DNA of 64,000 bases from Parachlamydiales bacterium (GTDB taxonomy: Bacteria > Chlamydiota > Chlamydiia > Chlamydiales > JAJFMK01), in contig CAVXVG010000026.1 in assembly GCA_963765145.1 (NCBI GenBank), forward strand, positions 96,001-160,000. The letters are read 5' to 3'. The first letter of the stretch is position 1; every line of letters starts with the position of its first letter. The notes under the pieces were generated by a model, which did no database searches, was not told the origin of the DNA, and saw only the letters and a program-made list of their open reading frames with translations. The translations under genes were made by a program, and so were the position numbers. This document shows, piece after piece, positions 62,131-64,000 of the stretch.

Positions 62131-62388
62131 TTAAGCAGTGCGATTTCTTATTAAATCTTGTTTTTCAAGGTGGCTCATTTTTTTGATTTGATGTTCTCGT
62201 TGAGAAGCCAACGAGCGGTTGGGATAATTTTCTGCATAAACAACAGTTTGTGGCTTAGAGGTATGAAAAAATCGTGCCCCTTTTTTTTTGGTTTGATGTT
62301 CTTGGAAACGCCTAGTTAAGTCGGTCGTAATCCCTGTGTAAAGTTTACCTGATTCGGTTTCAATGATGTAGACAATCCATTCTTCCAT
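62131..62388 (-). CDS. Stand-alone GIY-YIG nuclease (UPF0213/YhbQ-like)
   Basis: VYII ... LYTGITTDLTRRFQEH ... GARF ... REHQIKK. Confidence 0.92.
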   Translation of the reverse strand: MEEWIVYIIETESGKLYTGITTDLTRRFQEHQTKKKGARFFHTSKPQTVVYAENYPNRSLASQREHQIKKMSHLEKQDLIRNRTA

Positions 62389-62399
62389 TACTTGTCCCA

Positions 62400-62496
62400 C
62401 GCGGTAGCGTTTGGAGTGCTCCTGAGCCCGTTTAGCTTTGACTTATCAGTGAAAGTGAAAGCTAAACAGGAGTTTAGCACTCCAAACGCTACCGCG
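62400..62496. repeat. Family A palindrome with mixed arm types
   Basis: Left arm variant cctgagcccg, right arm caggagttt; same 18-nt loop. Confidence 0.92.
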
Positions 62497-62531
62497 AAAC
62501 TAAGGCTTTAGCTACTACGTTATTCTTTTGT

Positions 62532-63497
62532 CTATTCCTTTACTCGCCATTTGACGCGGGCTGAGAGGTCGTCGAGATTGGTTTTTAGGTGAGGGGAGTT
62601 GGTTTTAACTGCAAACCCAAAAAGGAAATCTTCACCTGCTAACGTGATGAATTGATAAGGAGAACCTGAAAGGGTAGCATACCGATTATTGAGATCGATT
62701 ATAGGCTGAGCAGCAGATTTTTGGGTCGAATCTAGGTTTGTGATCTCAGCTTCCATTAACTTGAGATGGTCTTTATAGGTTTTTGCGTTATCCAGGGCAC
62801 AGTTCCATTTGACATAGAAAAATCCGGATGTTTTAGGATCTGTAAATTGTAAATGGTAATTTCTTGTTCCTCCTAGGTTGGCTTTTGCCTGGCTTGTAGG
62901 AGGAATTTCAAACAGTACATCGAAAGAACTAGCGGGATGATGACACCACCAACCGCGCATAGGCTCTTCTGTCACTCGTCTTTCGCCTCTTTTTGCAGCA
63001 GCAGCAACTTGTGGATCTATAATAGTTAAACACTGCTTAAGCCCTTCCCAGATGAGTATATTTTCTTTTTGCTTCGGTGTGACATACCACATTTGCACTA
63101 AGAAAGACCCCTCTTCTTTACACAAGAAAAAACCCTCCTTAATAGATGCTTCAAACCCATTTTGTATCTGATGTGAATTTGGGAAAAGTTTCTCTAAACT
63201 TTTGATGCTGTTCTTCAGCGCCGCGTTGTCTTTGCAATAGTCTAATGAAATGGTACACCCAAGCCCCCCTTTGTTTGGAAACAACGAAAACTTAGATTGG
63301 TCATTGCTTAAGATCGTTTGTTCTCCCATGCCCCATTTATTGGGGAAGTGAAAAACGATTTCATATCCATTCATGGTTGTTTTATATGAAGCCGATTTGC
63401 TTTGAGCGAACCCTTCAATGGGCTTTGGCGCCTGCATGTCCTGCTTAAGTCCAAACAAACTGCTCATGAGATAGGCCAACAAGACGATGATTTTCAT
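62532..63497 (-). CDS. Hypothetical exported protein
   Basis: 321 aa with N-terminal signal peptide. Confidence 0.75.
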   Translation of the reverse strand: MKIIVLLAYLMSSLFGLKQDMQAPKPIEGFAQSKSASYKTTMNGYEIVFHFPNKWGMGEQTILSNDQSKFSLFPNKGGLGCTISLDYCKDNAALKNSIKSLEKLFPNSHQIQNGFEASIKEGFFLCKEEGSFLVQMWYVTPKQKENILIWEGLKQCLTIIDPQVAAAAKRGERRVTEEPMRGWWCHHPASSFDVLFEIPPTSQAKANLGGTRNYHLQFTDPKTSGFFYVKWNCALDNAKTYKDHLKLMEAEITNLDSTQKSAAQPIIDLNNRYATLSGSPYQFITLAGEDFLFGFAVKTNSPHLKTNLDDLSARVKWRVKE

Positions 63498-63610
63498 ACG
63501 AACCTCTTACAAGTAACGGCCATACTAATTGAAAAATGGCCCTTTAGGCAAGCTTTGACTAAATTGTTTCAAAGTTTTAGATTCATTCCTTCAAATTTAA
63601 AGGTTAAAAA

Positions 63611-64000
63611 ATGTCACTTCCAGCTAGCTCTAGTGTTGGGCAAACGTCTAACAATTCTTATTTCCAACTACCACGCATGTCACCAGGCCTTAAGAAAATT
63701 TCGGCGATTGCGTTTGGTTGCTTTGCTATTTATGCGATGATGACTCCTGTAGGTGCGGCAGGGGTTGGTGCTCTTGGATTGGCTGTTTCTCCCTTGCTTA
63801 GTAAAAGGGGAACAGGTTGTACAAATGCCACACTTTATCCAAACGTTGCTGTAGACATTGCATCAACATCATTGAGCCAAATACCATTTTCCGGAATAGT
63901 TCTCGATCATTCCATTACACAATTGCTTTCTGGTGACTTTTTGGAAGCAGTGGCACTGGAAGGATTAGAAGGAATAGACATGTTCCCTTTAAGCTCTTCT
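63611..64000 (+). CDS. Hypothetical protein, runs off the window
   Basis: Hand translation MSLPASSSVGQTSNN...ISAIAFGCFAIYAMMTPVGAAGVGALGLAV...; no stop before the window end. Confidence 0.65.
   Translation, partial: MSLPASSSVGQTSNNSYFQLPRMSPGLKKISAIAFGCFAIYAMMTPVGAAGVGALGLAVSPLLSKRGTGCTNATLYPNVAVDIASTSLSQIPFSGIVLDHSITQLLSGDFLEAVALEGLEGIDMFPLSSS

Overview
Chromosomal window most likely from an environmental chlamydia (phylum Chlamydiota). This is inferred from the gene orders ribF-truB-rbfA-infB-nusA-rpsA and efp-accB-accC, and from a chlamydial-type IF2 N-terminus and EF-P loop. Housekeeping genes (holB, translation cluster, aspartokinase, brnQ, rpe-efp-accBC, ubiA/ubiX, ttcA, xfp-ackA, four tRNAs) alternate with orphan genes that look like host-directed effectors: BTB-LRR, M91/NleD-like protease, Ser/Thr kinase, Inc-like protein with PTAP and PPxY motifs, YopT-like protease plus ankyrins, and an exported sulfotransferase. 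The most distinctive non-coding signal is a set of intergenic palindrome families nested inside one another. One family has ~20-bp terminal inverted repeats and makes 4-bp target duplications inside arms of other palindromes, with no transposase in the window. A variable region after tRNA-Tyr holds two cargo cassettes (YhcG plus unknown gene; HTH plus nucleotidyltransferase), each bracketed by duplicated gene 3' ends with microhomology junctions. truB, nusA and a Clp ATPase each carry a single-base frameshift, possibly sequencing error. All calls come from reading motifs by eye; no database searches were run.
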